Shown here piece by piece: positions 1 through 9,300 of a stretch of DNA of 24,000 nucleotides (positions are counted from its first letter, which is position 1; each line of letters opens with the position of its first letter). Below the pieces are notes generated by a model. The model made no database searches. It was not told where the DNA came from and saw nothing but the letters and a program-made list of their open reading frames with translations. Source of the DNA: an uncultured Verrucomicrobiae bacterium (GTDB lineage: Bacteria; Verrucomicrobiota; Verrucomicrobiia; Palsa-1439); contig CAVYAC010000061.1 of the NCBI GenBank assembly GCA_963766065.1, positions 74,090-98,089 of the forward strand, given 5' to 3'. Made by a program: the position numbers and the translations under genes.

Positions 1-103
1 ATGCCCGACATAGCGCGCGGGTTTCAAGCCCATGCCGCCATAGCGTCCGCCGAACTTTTCGCTCGGCAACGCTGGAGCCGTCAGGCATCCTTCGCGCCAG
101 CAC

Positions 104-493
104 ATGAAATCCAGCCGACTCGAAGCGTTCAGCGATGGCGTGATCGCGATCATCATCACCATCATGGTGCTGGAGTTGAAAGTCCCGCACGCCACCGCAC
201 TTGCCGACCTGAAACCGTTGTTGCCGGTGTTCCTGAGTTACGTGTTGAGCTTCCTCTACGTCGGCATCTACTGGAACAACCACCACCACCTGCTCCATTC
301 CACCAAGCACGTCACCGGCGGCATCCTCTGGGCCAACCTCCACCTGCTGTTCTGGCTGTCGCTCTTTCCGTTCACCACCGCCTGGATGGGTGAGAACCAT
401 CTCGCCCCCACACCCGCCGCCGTCTACGTCTTCGTCGCCCTCCTCTGGCTCATCCCCGACCGCCGCATCGAACGCGTGCTGGTGGACCAATAG
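104..493 (+). CDS. DUF1211/TMEM175-family K+ channel-like membrane protein, unusually short (129 aa)
   Basis: ORF ATG 104 to TAG 491-493. The N-terminus RLEAFSDGVIAIIITIMVLEL is the DUF1211/TMEM175 signature. About four hydrophobic helices follow and the protein ends IPDRRIERVLVDQ. It is shorter than the roughly 190-250 aa I expect for this family. Confidence 0.75.
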   Translation: MKSSRLEAFSDGVIAIIITIMVLELKVPHATALADLKPLLPVFLSYVLSFLYVGIYWNNHHHLLHSTKHVTGGILWANLHLLFWLSLFPFTTAWMGENHLAPTPAAVYVFVALLWLIPDRRIERVLVDQ

Positions 494-578
494 TGCTATC
501 GCTCAGCGCTGAATAGATGCGACTTCCGCGCTTTTGGTTTGTTTCGTGCGGCAACGAGCGGTACGTTTTGCGACTACC

Positions 579-1109
579 ATGAAGACTTCCGGTGAACTCG
601 AACACGCAGCCGCTCAACATGTCGCCGCTCTGATGGCGGCGTCCGCGCGCACGGCCCCCAAAACACGCGGCATTGACAACATCAAGATCATCGCGATCGA
701 CGACGAGCCAACCCGGCGAAAGCTCGTCTCCACAATGCGTGAGATCGCCCAGAAGGAAGACCGTCCCAGCATCGCCCGCGACGCCGGCAACATCGAAAAT
801 TCCCCCGCCGTCGTCGTCATCGGCGTTGAATCCAACACCGCCGGTTTGAACTGCGGGTTCTGCGGCCACCTATCGTGCGAGGCGCTCGAAAAAACCAGGG
901 GCGTTTGCGCGTTCAACTCAATCGACCTCGGCATTGCCACCGCGTCCGCGGCGGAAATCGCCGGCCGGTTACATTTCGACAACCGTGTGATGTTCTCCAT
1001 CGGCCGCGCCTGCCTCGATTTGAAACTGTTCGGACCCAAGGTCAACCAGGCGCTTGGGATTCCGTTGAGCGTCACGGGCAAAAATCCGTTCTTCGACCGT
1101 CAACCGTGA
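579..1109 (+). CDS. DUF2148 ferredoxin-domain (Fe-S) protein
   Basis: The ORF track gives 534..1109. I prefer the ATG at 579 (MKTSGELEH) because 534 lies in the T-rich tract just after the upstream stop. TAPKTRGIDN, GLNCGFCGHLSCEA, GVCAFNSIDLGIA and GKNPFFDR match my memory of DUF2148 proteins. Confidence 0.8.
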   Translation: MKTSGELEHAAAQHVAALMAASARTAPKTRGIDNIKIIAIDDEPTRRKLVSTMREIAQKEDRPSIARDAGNIENSPAVVVIGVESNTAGLNCGFCGHLSCEALEKTRGVCAFNSIDLGIATASAAEIAGRLHFDNRVMFSIGRACLDLKLFGPKVNQALGIPLSVTGKNPFFDRQP

Positions 1110-1110
1110 T

Positions 1111-1842
1111 ATGCCCCATCGACTGCTCACTCTTGACGAGGTCGCCGATTATCTGCACCTCACATCCGCTGACATCGAGCAGCGGGTGAAAGACCGCGAG
1201 ATCCCCTTCGAAAAGCGCGGCGAACGGGTCGTCTTTCGCAAACGCGAAATTGACCAGTGGGCCTCGCAGCGGATCCTCGGATTTACTCCCCAGCGGCTGG
1301 CGGCTTACCATCACAAATCCACGCACCAAATACGAAATGTTCTCTCCCAGGCCGCCATTCTGCCGGACATGCTCGCCGCTGGTGCCATCGCCTCGGCCAT
1401 GTCGTCGAAGACCAAAGCGTCCATCCTGCGTGATTTGGTCGCCCTCGCGGAGAAAACCGGCCACCTGAACGATCCCCAAGCGCTGCTGGCGAGCCTGGAG
1501 GCGCGCGAGGAGTTATGCTCCACGGCCATGCCGGGCGGCTTCGCGCTGCCGCACCCGCGCTTCCATGAAGCTTACCTGTTTGAGACCTCATTTCTTGTCG
1601 TCGGACGGCCGATTCAGGAAATCCATTTCGGCGCGCCCGACGGTGAACCAACGCGTCTGTTCTTCCTGGTTTGCTGCCAGGATGACCGGCTGCACTTGCA
1701 TACACTGGCCCGGCTCTGCCTTATCGCGCAGAAATCTAAAATCATCGACCAACTCCTCGCCGCGCCCGATCCCCAAACCATCCGCGACTCCCTCATCGCC
1801 GTCGAAGAACAACTCCTCGCCGACCCAAAAACCGGCCCATAG
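1111..1842 (+). CDS. Helix-turn-helix (excisionase/MerR-type) + PTS EIIA type-2 (PtsN-like) domain regulator
   Basis: ATG at 1111, one nt after the DUF2148 TGA (1107-1109). The N-terminus LLTLDEVADYLHLTSADIEQRVKDREIPFEKRGERVVFRKREIDQW is an HTH. The C-terminal ~150 aa (SKTKASILRDLV, PGGFALPHPR, RLFFLVCC) resemble the EIIA-2 fold. Confidence 0.75.
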   Translation: MPHRLLTLDEVADYLHLTSADIEQRVKDREIPFEKRGERVVFRKREIDQWASQRILGFTPQRLAAYHHKSTHQIRNVLSQAAILPDMLAAGAIASAMSSKTKASILRDLVALAEKTGHLNDPQALLASLEAREELCSTAMPGGFALPHPRFHEAYLFETSFLVVGRPIQEIHFGAPDGEPTRLFFLVCCQDDRLHLHTLARLCLIAQKSKIIDQLLAAPDPQTIRDSLIAVEEQLLADPKTGP

Positions 1843-1866
1843 CGGCTCCATCACGATTTTTCGCCG

Positions 1867-3453
1867 TTGACAGTTGGGCGTTGGGAAAGAGTATTCTGTC
1901 CAGTGGTGAACTCCCGTCACGACAGAATCCTCTTCTGGGGCTGTTTCATCGCTCTCATCACCACAAGTTACGCGTTCATCAGCCGCATGATTTTGTGCGG
2001 CGGCCAGTTCGTCACCGACTTCGGCCTCGACAAGGTGGCCGTCGGCGAACTCCAGGGCGCGGGCATCTGGCCGTTCGGCGTCAGCATCATTCTCTTCAGT
2101 CTGTTCATCGACCGCGTCGGCTACAAGGTCGCGATGATCTTCTCGTTCGTCAGTTATCTCGCCTATGCGGCGCTGGCAATGATGGCGTACAGTTCGATTC
2201 ACGGCTTGACCGGCGACGCGCTGGTTGCCGCGCAGAAACACGGCTATCAACTGCTCTATTGGGGCAGCATCATTCTTGGCTTGGGCAATGGCAGCGTCGA
2301 GTCCTACATCAACCCGATCGTGGCCACGATGTTCAACACGGACAAAACCAAATGGCTTAATCGCCTCCATGCCGGCTGGCCGGGCGGACTGGTTCTCGGT
2401 GGACTGTGCACGATTGCCCTGGCCAATAATCCGGACTGGCGCATCACGCTGGGGCTGATTCTGATTCCCGCGTTCATTTTCTTTTTCATTCTCGTCAGTT
2501 TGAAATTCCCCAAAAGCGAGCGTGAGCAGGCCGGCGTCAGTTATCGGGACATGCTCCGGGAACTCGGCGTGTTTGGCGCGCTCGTCGGGTTTGGACTGGT
2601 GTTCGCCCAACTCGGTCAGGTTTTCGGCTGGAGCAGCAGTGTGGTTTGGGGCCTCACTGGTGCGGTCGTCGCCATCTTCGCCGTCGTGACCAAATCCTTT
2701 GGTCGGCTCATTCTCGCCTTTCTGATCGTCATCATGATGCCGCAGGCGACGACCGAACTGGGCACGGACGGCTGGATCACCTCGCTGATGCAAACCCCCA
2801 TGCAGGCCGCCGGACACAATCCCGCCTGGGTGCTGGTTTACACGTCCGCGATCATGACGGTTCTGCGCTTTTCCGCCGGGCCGCTGATCCACAAACTTTC
2901 CCCGCTCGGACTGCTGGCGACCTGCTCGGCGCTCGCTGCGATCGGACTCGCCGCGCTTTCCCACACCAGCGGCGCGGGCATCCTCGCCATTTTTGCCGCC
3001 GCGACACTCTACGGTGTCGGCAAAACCTTCTTCTGGCCGACCATCCTCGGCCTCACCTCGGAACAATGCCCCAAAGGCGGCGCGCTCACCCTGAACGCGA
3101 TGGGCGGCATCGGCATGCTGGCCGTGGGCATTCTCGGCGCGCCGTTCATCGGCTACTTGCAGGAATCCTCCGCCACGAAACAACTGTCATCTAGCCCCGC
3201 GCTCTATCAAACGGTGACCATCGAGAAAACCTATTTGCTTGGCGCCTACAAAGCCATCGACCCCGTAAAAGCGGCTGCCGTCACCGACAACAGTTCCAGG
3301 GAACAAATCAAATCCGCCACAACAACCGGCCAGTTCAGCGCCCTCGGCAAAATGGCCCTTTTCCCCCTCTTCATGCTGGCCTGTTACCTCGCCCTGATCG
3401 CCTACTTCAAATCCCGCGGCGGCTACCGCCCCGTCCGCCTCGATTCAAAATAG
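1867..3453 (+). CDS. MFS-type polytopic transporter
   Basis: 1.6 kb ORF with about 12 hydrophobic segments and glycine-rich loops (GSIILGLGNGSVESYINP, GWPGGLVLGGL). Start uncertain: TTG 1867 in the ORF track, GTG 1903 or 1906 also possible. Stop TAG 3451-3453. The 531-aa antisense ORF is treated as a shadow. Confidence 0.7.
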   Translation: MTVGRWERVFCPVVNSRHDRILFWGCFIALITTSYAFISRMILCGGQFVTDFGLDKVAVGELQGAGIWPFGVSIILFSLFIDRVGYKVAMIFSFVSYLAYAALAMMAYSSIHGLTGDALVAAQKHGYQLLYWGSIILGLGNGSVESYINPIVATMFNTDKTKWLNRLHAGWPGGLVLGGLCTIALANNPDWRITLGLILIPAFIFFFILVSLKFPKSEREQAGVSYRDMLRELGVFGALVGFGLVFAQLGQVFGWSSSVVWGLTGAVVAIFAVVTKSFGRLILAFLIVIMMPQATTELGTDGWITSLMQTPMQAAGHNPAWVLVYTSAIMTVLRFSAGPLIHKLSPLGLLATCSALAAIGLAALSHTSGAGILAIFAAATLYGVGKTFFWPTILGLTSEQCPKGGALTLNAMGGIGMLAVGILGAPFIGYLQESSATKQLSSSPALYQTVTIEKTYLLGAYKAIDPVKAAAVTDNSSREQIKSATTTGQFSALGKMALFPLFMLACYLALIAYFKSRGGYRPVRLDSK

Positions 3454-3693
3454 CTCCAGCGAGATCCCCGATGGCGCAGCTTCAGGTGCGTTTGTGGCAT
3501 GCATTGGCTGGCCGACGCATCAAACGTGCCCTCGTAAGTTGGGAGCGAGTGTGAGCTAGGGCAACTCAGTTAAATAGCCGAGTTTCACGTTAGCAATTGA
3601 GCGAGGTCCAGGCCCACTCGATTGAAAATTTGTTTCTCGAAAACGGCGAATGGAACTGACACAATCCTCGTACATACCACGTGTGCAACATCT

Positions 3694-4869
3694 ATGAGCG
3701 CAGACCAATATAGATACCCACGACGCCCACTGACAGCTGCCCAAAAGAAACGACTCATCGACGAGATGGGCAACAAATGTGCCATTTGCGGAGCCACAGG
3801 CGTTCCCTTAGAGTTCGATTATATTATCCCACTTCACCTCGGAGGATCACCCGAAACTTCTAACATCCGATTGCTATGCCCAAACTGTCATGCGTTTGGA
3901 GCCCAGTCGCCCCTCGAATCTGAATTTGTCCAGTATTTGGGATTGCTCTTATCGAACCACCCCCAATTCGAGTTGGTCCAAGTGGAGCCCATCTTGGGAA
4001 AGGACACAAAGTGGCGCCCGGATTTATTCGTCAAACGACTTGTCGGAAACAAACCGAAGTCTGTCCTGATAGAATGCAAATCCAAATCTGCATTTTCCCC
4101 CGGTGATTTGCGGAGAACCGCCGAGCAAGTGTTGATCTATCGACATGCGTTGAATCCGGATGTAGTTGTTCTCGCTTTCCCCGGAAGACTATTGGCCCAA
4201 GATGCGCAACTACTAGCAGAAAGAGGTATTGAGGTATGGGATATAGATTATATCTCAAGAACTTTTGCTGCCCAGATTGATAAAACCAAGCACCCATACT
4301 TCCAGCGATTGTTTCAGGCGGTACTGCCAAGCGCATCGCCTCAACCTGAGAAGTTGTTGATTACGCAGCTACAAAACTGCAAGCCAGGTCGCGACCAGTG
4401 GCCAGTATATCAGAAATTTGTCGGTAAAGTCATAGAGCAGTTGTTTTGTCCACCTTTATCGATGCCGATTTCTCAATCCGAAGATTTGTCCGGCGTGAAT
4501 CGGCGAGACTTTATTGTTCCGAACTATGCTGACAGCGGCTTCTGGCGGTTCGTCAGGGAAACGTATAGCGCGGATTACGTCGTGGTAGATGCGAAGAACT
4601 CCGCAGAGCCAGCCCAAAAGGATGACGCGTTGCAGTTGGCGAATTATCTAAAACCTCATGGGGCAGGTTTATTCGGCTTAATAGTTTGCCGGAAAGGTGC
4701 AGACGAAGGGTGTCTTCATACGCTTCGTGAACATTGGGTTGCTTACAGAAAGCTCATCGTTGTCCTTGATGATCACGACATCGAGAATATGCTTCTCTCA
4801 CGCTCTGCGGGTGGTAAACCCGAAGATCTAGTTGGCGAGAAGATCCAAGGGTTTCGGCTGTCTATGTAG
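3694..4869 (+). CDS. Orphan multi-nuclease protein: HNH-like Zn ribbon + two PD-(D/E)xK (Mrr/restriction-endonuclease-like) domains
   Basis: The ORF is open from TTG 3622 and the first ATG is at 3694. Motifs, numbered from 3622: C53-A-I-C56 and C86-P-N-C-H90 with LEFDYIIPLHLGG between them; P-D134-LFV then E151-C-K153; RR-D296-FIV then VVV-D323-A-K325. The gene is clearly AT-richer than its flanks. Confidence 0.7.
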   Translation: MSADQYRYPRRPLTAAQKKRLIDEMGNKCAICGATGVPLEFDYIIPLHLGGSPETSNIRLLCPNCHAFGAQSPLESEFVQYLGLLLSNHPQFELVQVEPILGKDTKWRPDLFVKRLVGNKPKSVLIECKSKSAFSPGDLRRTAEQVLIYRHALNPDVVVLAFPGRLLAQDAQLLAERGIEVWDIDYISRTFAAQIDKTKHPYFQRLFQAVLPSASPQPEKLLITQLQNCKPGRDQWPVYQKFVGKVIEQLFCPPLSMPISQSEDLSGVNRRDFIVPNYADSGFWRFVRETYSADYVVVDAKNSAEPAQKDDALQLANYLKPHGAGLFGLIVCRKGADEGCLHTLREHWVAYRKLIVVLDDHDIENMLLSRSAGGKPEDLVGEKIQGFRLSM

Positions 4870-4977
4870 TCTGAATTACGCCGTACTGCAAGCCTCCGCC
4901 TCAGCAATCCTATGCTCGCAGGGATATTTCGGAACGCACTAGTGATTTTCATCCGAGGAGCATGCGGGCCGCTCACG

Positions 4978-6105
4978 CTACGGAAGCGGGCGAGCGTGCA
5001 CGGGAAGATCAATCCGTTTCCCGGTCGCGGCGGACTCGCGCGCGGCATCGAGAATCTCCTGCGCGGTCATGTTCACGTCCAACGACGAAAGGTCGCCGGT
5101 GGGTTGTATCTCCCCGCGCACAACTGCTACCAGATAGGAAATCGGGTCGGCCTCCTGGCCGGTCAACGGCGGGATGGTCGTCTGGGTTTCATCTTCGAGA
5201 TGGTCGCCCTTTAGCACACGCAACAAATCCCTCCGCGGCACCAGCACGTAACCGGTCTGACCGTAAATTTCCATGTCCTTTCGGTTGTACGGCCAGTTCC
5301 AGGACGCCTGGATGATTCCCTGGGCTTTGGGATACGTCACCACAATCGTCGCTTCATCGTCCACTTTCGGATAGACATTGGGCTTGATGTGTTGGGTCAC
5401 CGCGAACACCGACGTCGGCCGCTCGCCGTGCATGAGCCAGGTGATCAGGTCGGCACCGTAACAACCAAAATCCGTCAGCGCCCCGCCGCCATCCAGCACC
5501 GGGTCCGTGAGCCACTTCAAGAACTCCGGCGGACAGCCAATTTCTTTTGGCCCTTGATGTCCGTCATGAACCACGAACTTGCGTAGGTCCCCGATCGCAT
5601 GCTCGCCGCAGACCAATTTGTACGCCGCGTGGTTGGCGGGATACCAGGTCGTCTCGTAATTGACAAGCAGATGAATGCCGCCCTTTTTGGCGGCGGCAGC
5701 CATCGCGCGGGCGTGCTCCATGTTCACCGCCAACGGCTTTTCCATCATCACATGTATGCCGCGCGACGCGCACGCTTCCACGACGCGCGCGTGATCGAAC
5801 GTGCTCGTAAACAGCGCTACCGCCTGCACGTTGGTCTTGGCCAGCAAATCCTCCAGGCTGCTGAAGAACAGATTCGTGTTGAGTTGCCAGCGCTGGACAG
5901 CCTGCGCCACCAGCGCCTGATCCGGCTCCACGACGCCGACCACCTGCACGTCCCGATTCGTGATCGCCTGCGGCAGGAAACCCCGCACATGGGTGTGGAC
6001 GAGCCCAATAATCGCAATACGCACCGGTGGTTTGTTGCTCTCCTCAGAAAACGCCGGCAGTGCGCTTAAGCCGAGTAAATAAAGAGCGAGAAGCAAGTTC
6101 TTCAT
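4978..6105 (-). CDS. Gfo/Idh/MocA family oxidoreductase with N-terminal signal peptide
   Basis: ATG at 6105 gives MKNLLLALYLLGLSALPAFSEE (Sec-type signal), then a Rossmann-like RIAIIGLVHTHV and the family EKP motif (HVMMEKPLA). The ORF-track start at 6144 would overlap thiC. Stop TAG 4978-4980. Confidence 0.85.
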   Translation of the reverse strand: MKNLLLALYLLGLSALPAFSEESNKPPVRIAIIGLVHTHVRGFLPQAITNRDVQVVGVVEPDQALVAQAVQRWQLNTNLFFSSLEDLLAKTNVQAVALFTSTFDHARVVEACASRGIHVMMEKPLAVNMEHARAMAAAAKKGGIHLLVNYETTWYPANHAAYKLVCGEHAIGDLRKFVVHDGHQGPKEIGCPPEFLKWLTDPVLDGGGALTDFGCYGADLITWLMHGERPTSVFAVTQHIKPNVYPKVDDEATIVVTYPKAQGIIQASWNWPYNRKDMEIYGQTGYVLVPRRDLLRVLKGDHLEDETQTTIPPLTGQEADPISYLVAVVRGEIQPTGDLSSLDVNMTAQEILDAARESAATGKRIDLPVHARPLP

Positions 6106-6106
6106 G

Positions 6107-7909
<1,803 letters not shown>

Positions 7910-7911
7910 CT

Positions 7912-7946
7912 AAAACAAAAAACCGACCCTGAAATCCAGGCGTCGG
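7912..7946 (-). terminator. Intrinsic terminator acting as the TPP-riboswitch expression platform
   Basis: Minus-strand RNA CCGAC-G-CCUG-GAUUU-CAGG-GUCGG forms a 9-bp stem with one bulge. It is followed by UUUUUUGUUUU and sits between the aptamer and the thiC SD. Confidence 0.7.
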
Positions 7947-7949
7947 CTT

Positions 7950-8046
7950 CGCTACGTGTTTCCCTACGCCAGCATTACCTGGATCAGGTTCAGTGGGTCT
8001 CCCGCCTCGTGCGGAATCTCAGCCTCGAAAGGCTCCCCAAACGAAT
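7950..8046 (-). promoter_or_regulatory. TPP (THI-box) riboswitch aptamer upstream of thiC
   Basis: The minus strand reads UUGGGGAGCCUUUCGAGGCUGAGAUUCCGCACGAGGCGGGAGACCCACUGAACCUGAUCCAGGUAAUGCUGGCGUAGGGAAAC. It contains the conserved CUGAGA, ACCC..UGAACCUGAUC..GGUAAUGC..GGCGUAGGGA elements. Confidence 0.9.
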
Positions 8047-8061
8047 CTGCCTATGAAATTG

Positions 8062-8379
8062 TCAATTGAACGAACGTCCGCACCCACAGCTCGAATGCGC
8101 ATTGGGATTCTTGATGCGGAACCCCGAACCCTGCAAGCTGTCCTGATAGTCGATCTCGCTGCCCTTCAGGAAATTCATGCTCATCGGATCGACAACCACC
8201 TCGACGCCATCCTGCGCAATCACCTCGTCATCGGGCTTCTTGTCATCGAACGCCATGCCGTATTCCATGCCCGAACAGCCCCCGGTCTCAATATACACGC
8301 GCAACGGTTTCGCCTGCGCGCCCGGATTGGCGAGCAGTGTCTTGATATGCTTCGTTGCGTTTTCCGTGAGTGTAATCAT
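8062..8379 (-). CDS. Iron-sulfur cluster insertion/assembly accessory protein (HesB/IscA/ErpA family)
   Basis: ATG at 8379 gives MITLTENATKHIKTLL, then GGCSGMEYGMAFD and a C-terminal SCGCGRSF, the three-Cys A-type carrier signature. The ORF-track start at 8439 adds 20 non-conserved residues. Confidence 0.85.
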   Translation of the reverse strand: MITLTENATKHIKTLLANPGAQAKPLRVYIETGGCSGMEYGMAFDDKKPDDEVIAQDGVEVVVDPMSMNFLKGSEIDYQDSLQGSGFRIKNPNAHSSCGCGRSFN

Positions 8380-8445
8380 GTCGTCACCACCAAACTGCAC
8401 CTCAACTCTACCAAGCCCGCGCCACGCTGTCAAACCCACCTCCGC

Positions 8446-9300
8446 TCATTCGATCACCACCCCGCCATACCCCACCACGCGCGAGAAATCGCCATTCACG
8501 TCGCCGCTGGTGCGGTATTCGAGAACTTCGGCGTGCCTGGCCCCAAGTCCCAAGGCCGCCGTCAGCACGATATACGTGGGCGCAACTCCACACATGGAAA
8601 CCTCGGCATTGATGACCTGGTCCATCAGCGCGTCAGCGTCCAACTTCACAATCGCGTCCAACACGAGTTTGTCCTTTCCGTGAGATGTTTCCTGATCTTC
8701 ATAGTGGTTGAGGTCCGTGAACGCGATGAGCAACACGGGCTTGCCATATTCGTGCACGCATTGCGCCAGAGCACCGCCGATCTCTTTAAGTTCGCGACGC
8801 CCGCCGCTTTCGGGCCAGTGGCCACCGATCAGAAGCGGGACAACGTGAACGTTCGGATTCGCCCGCAAGAGCATTGGCATCTGGACTTCCAACGAATGTT
8901 CCTGTGTGTGGGCCCGGGGATCCTCAGCCAGCAATTCGCAATGGTCGAGAAGCTCCAACGCCAACGGCTCGGCCACCGGCACATTCCCCACGGGTGTATG
9001 CCAGGCGCCCGAACTATACACGGCGTAGCGGCTGCCGGCATTGCGATGATTGGGGCCGACCAGTATCACTTGGTCGGGAATTTCCACGCTGGAATAAACA
9101 AGCCCTGCTGTGTGGCCGGAATACATCCAGCCCGCGTGTGGACAAACCACCGCGATGGCTTTGCGCCTGGGGATGGCGGAGGGAATCAACGCGTCGAGCG
9201 TCGTACCGATCTCCGACGCTTCCGCCGGGTAGAACTCCCCGGCCACTGCTGGTTGACGAATCACGGTATTCCCTTTCCGGCCACCCGTCGCTTCATCCAT
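8446..9300 (-). CDS. amrB: AmmeMemoRadiSam system protein B (Memo-like)
   Basis: 284-aa ORF with PAVAGEFYP, VVCPHAGWMYSG, QEHSLEVQMPML and VVGYGGVV, typical of Memo/AmrB. Its ATG at 9300 shares one base with the bioA stop. Confidence 0.85.
   Translation of the reverse strand: MDEATGGRKGNTVIRQPAVAGEFYPAEASEIGTTLDALIPSAIPRRKAIAVVCPHAGWMYSGHTAGLVYSSVEIPDQVILVGPNHRNAGSRYAVYSSGAWHTPVGNVPVAEPLALELLDHCELLAEDPRAHTQEHSLEVQMPMLLRANPNVHVVPLLIGGHWPESGGRRELKEIGGALAQCVHEYGKPVLLIAFTDLNHYEDQETSHGKDKLVLDAIVKLDADALMDQVINAEVSMCGVAPTYIVLTAALGLGARHAEVLEYRTSGDVNGDFSRVVGYGGVVIE

Noticed and set aside
1-393. 130-aa ORF at the left edge containing a HHHHH run
   Set aside because: The His run is the off-frame reading of ATCATCATCACCATCATG. 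In the real frame that stretch encodes the AIIITIMV transmembrane signature of the DUF1211 protein.
505-544. Possible terminator after the DUF1211 gene (AGCGC...GCGCT followed by TTTTGGTTTGTTT)
   Set aside because: The stem is only 5 bp with an 18-nt loop. The T tract is suggestive, but the structure is too weak to call as a feature.
1588-3183. 531-aa ORF antisense to the MFS transporter gene
   Set aside because: Its R/G/A/D/E-rich low-complexity translation has no recognisable motif and it lies entirely inside a convincing polytopic transporter ORF. This is a typical stop-free shadow frame of high-GC DNA.
3556-3797. Two small minus-strand ORFs (62 and 70 aa) overlapping the start of the nuclease gene, considered as possible immunity or antitoxin partners
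   Set aside because: They overlap each other and the nuclease 5' end on the opposite strand. They have Cys/Trp/Arg-rich translations and no SD or motif, so there is no support for them as genes.
3662-4911. CAATCCT present on both sides of the nuclease gene (3662-3668 and 4905-4911) as possible target-site duplication or att repeats
   Set aside because: It is only 7 nt. About one such match is expected by chance between flanks of about 240 nt and 110 nt, and the left copy lies inside the open reading frame region.
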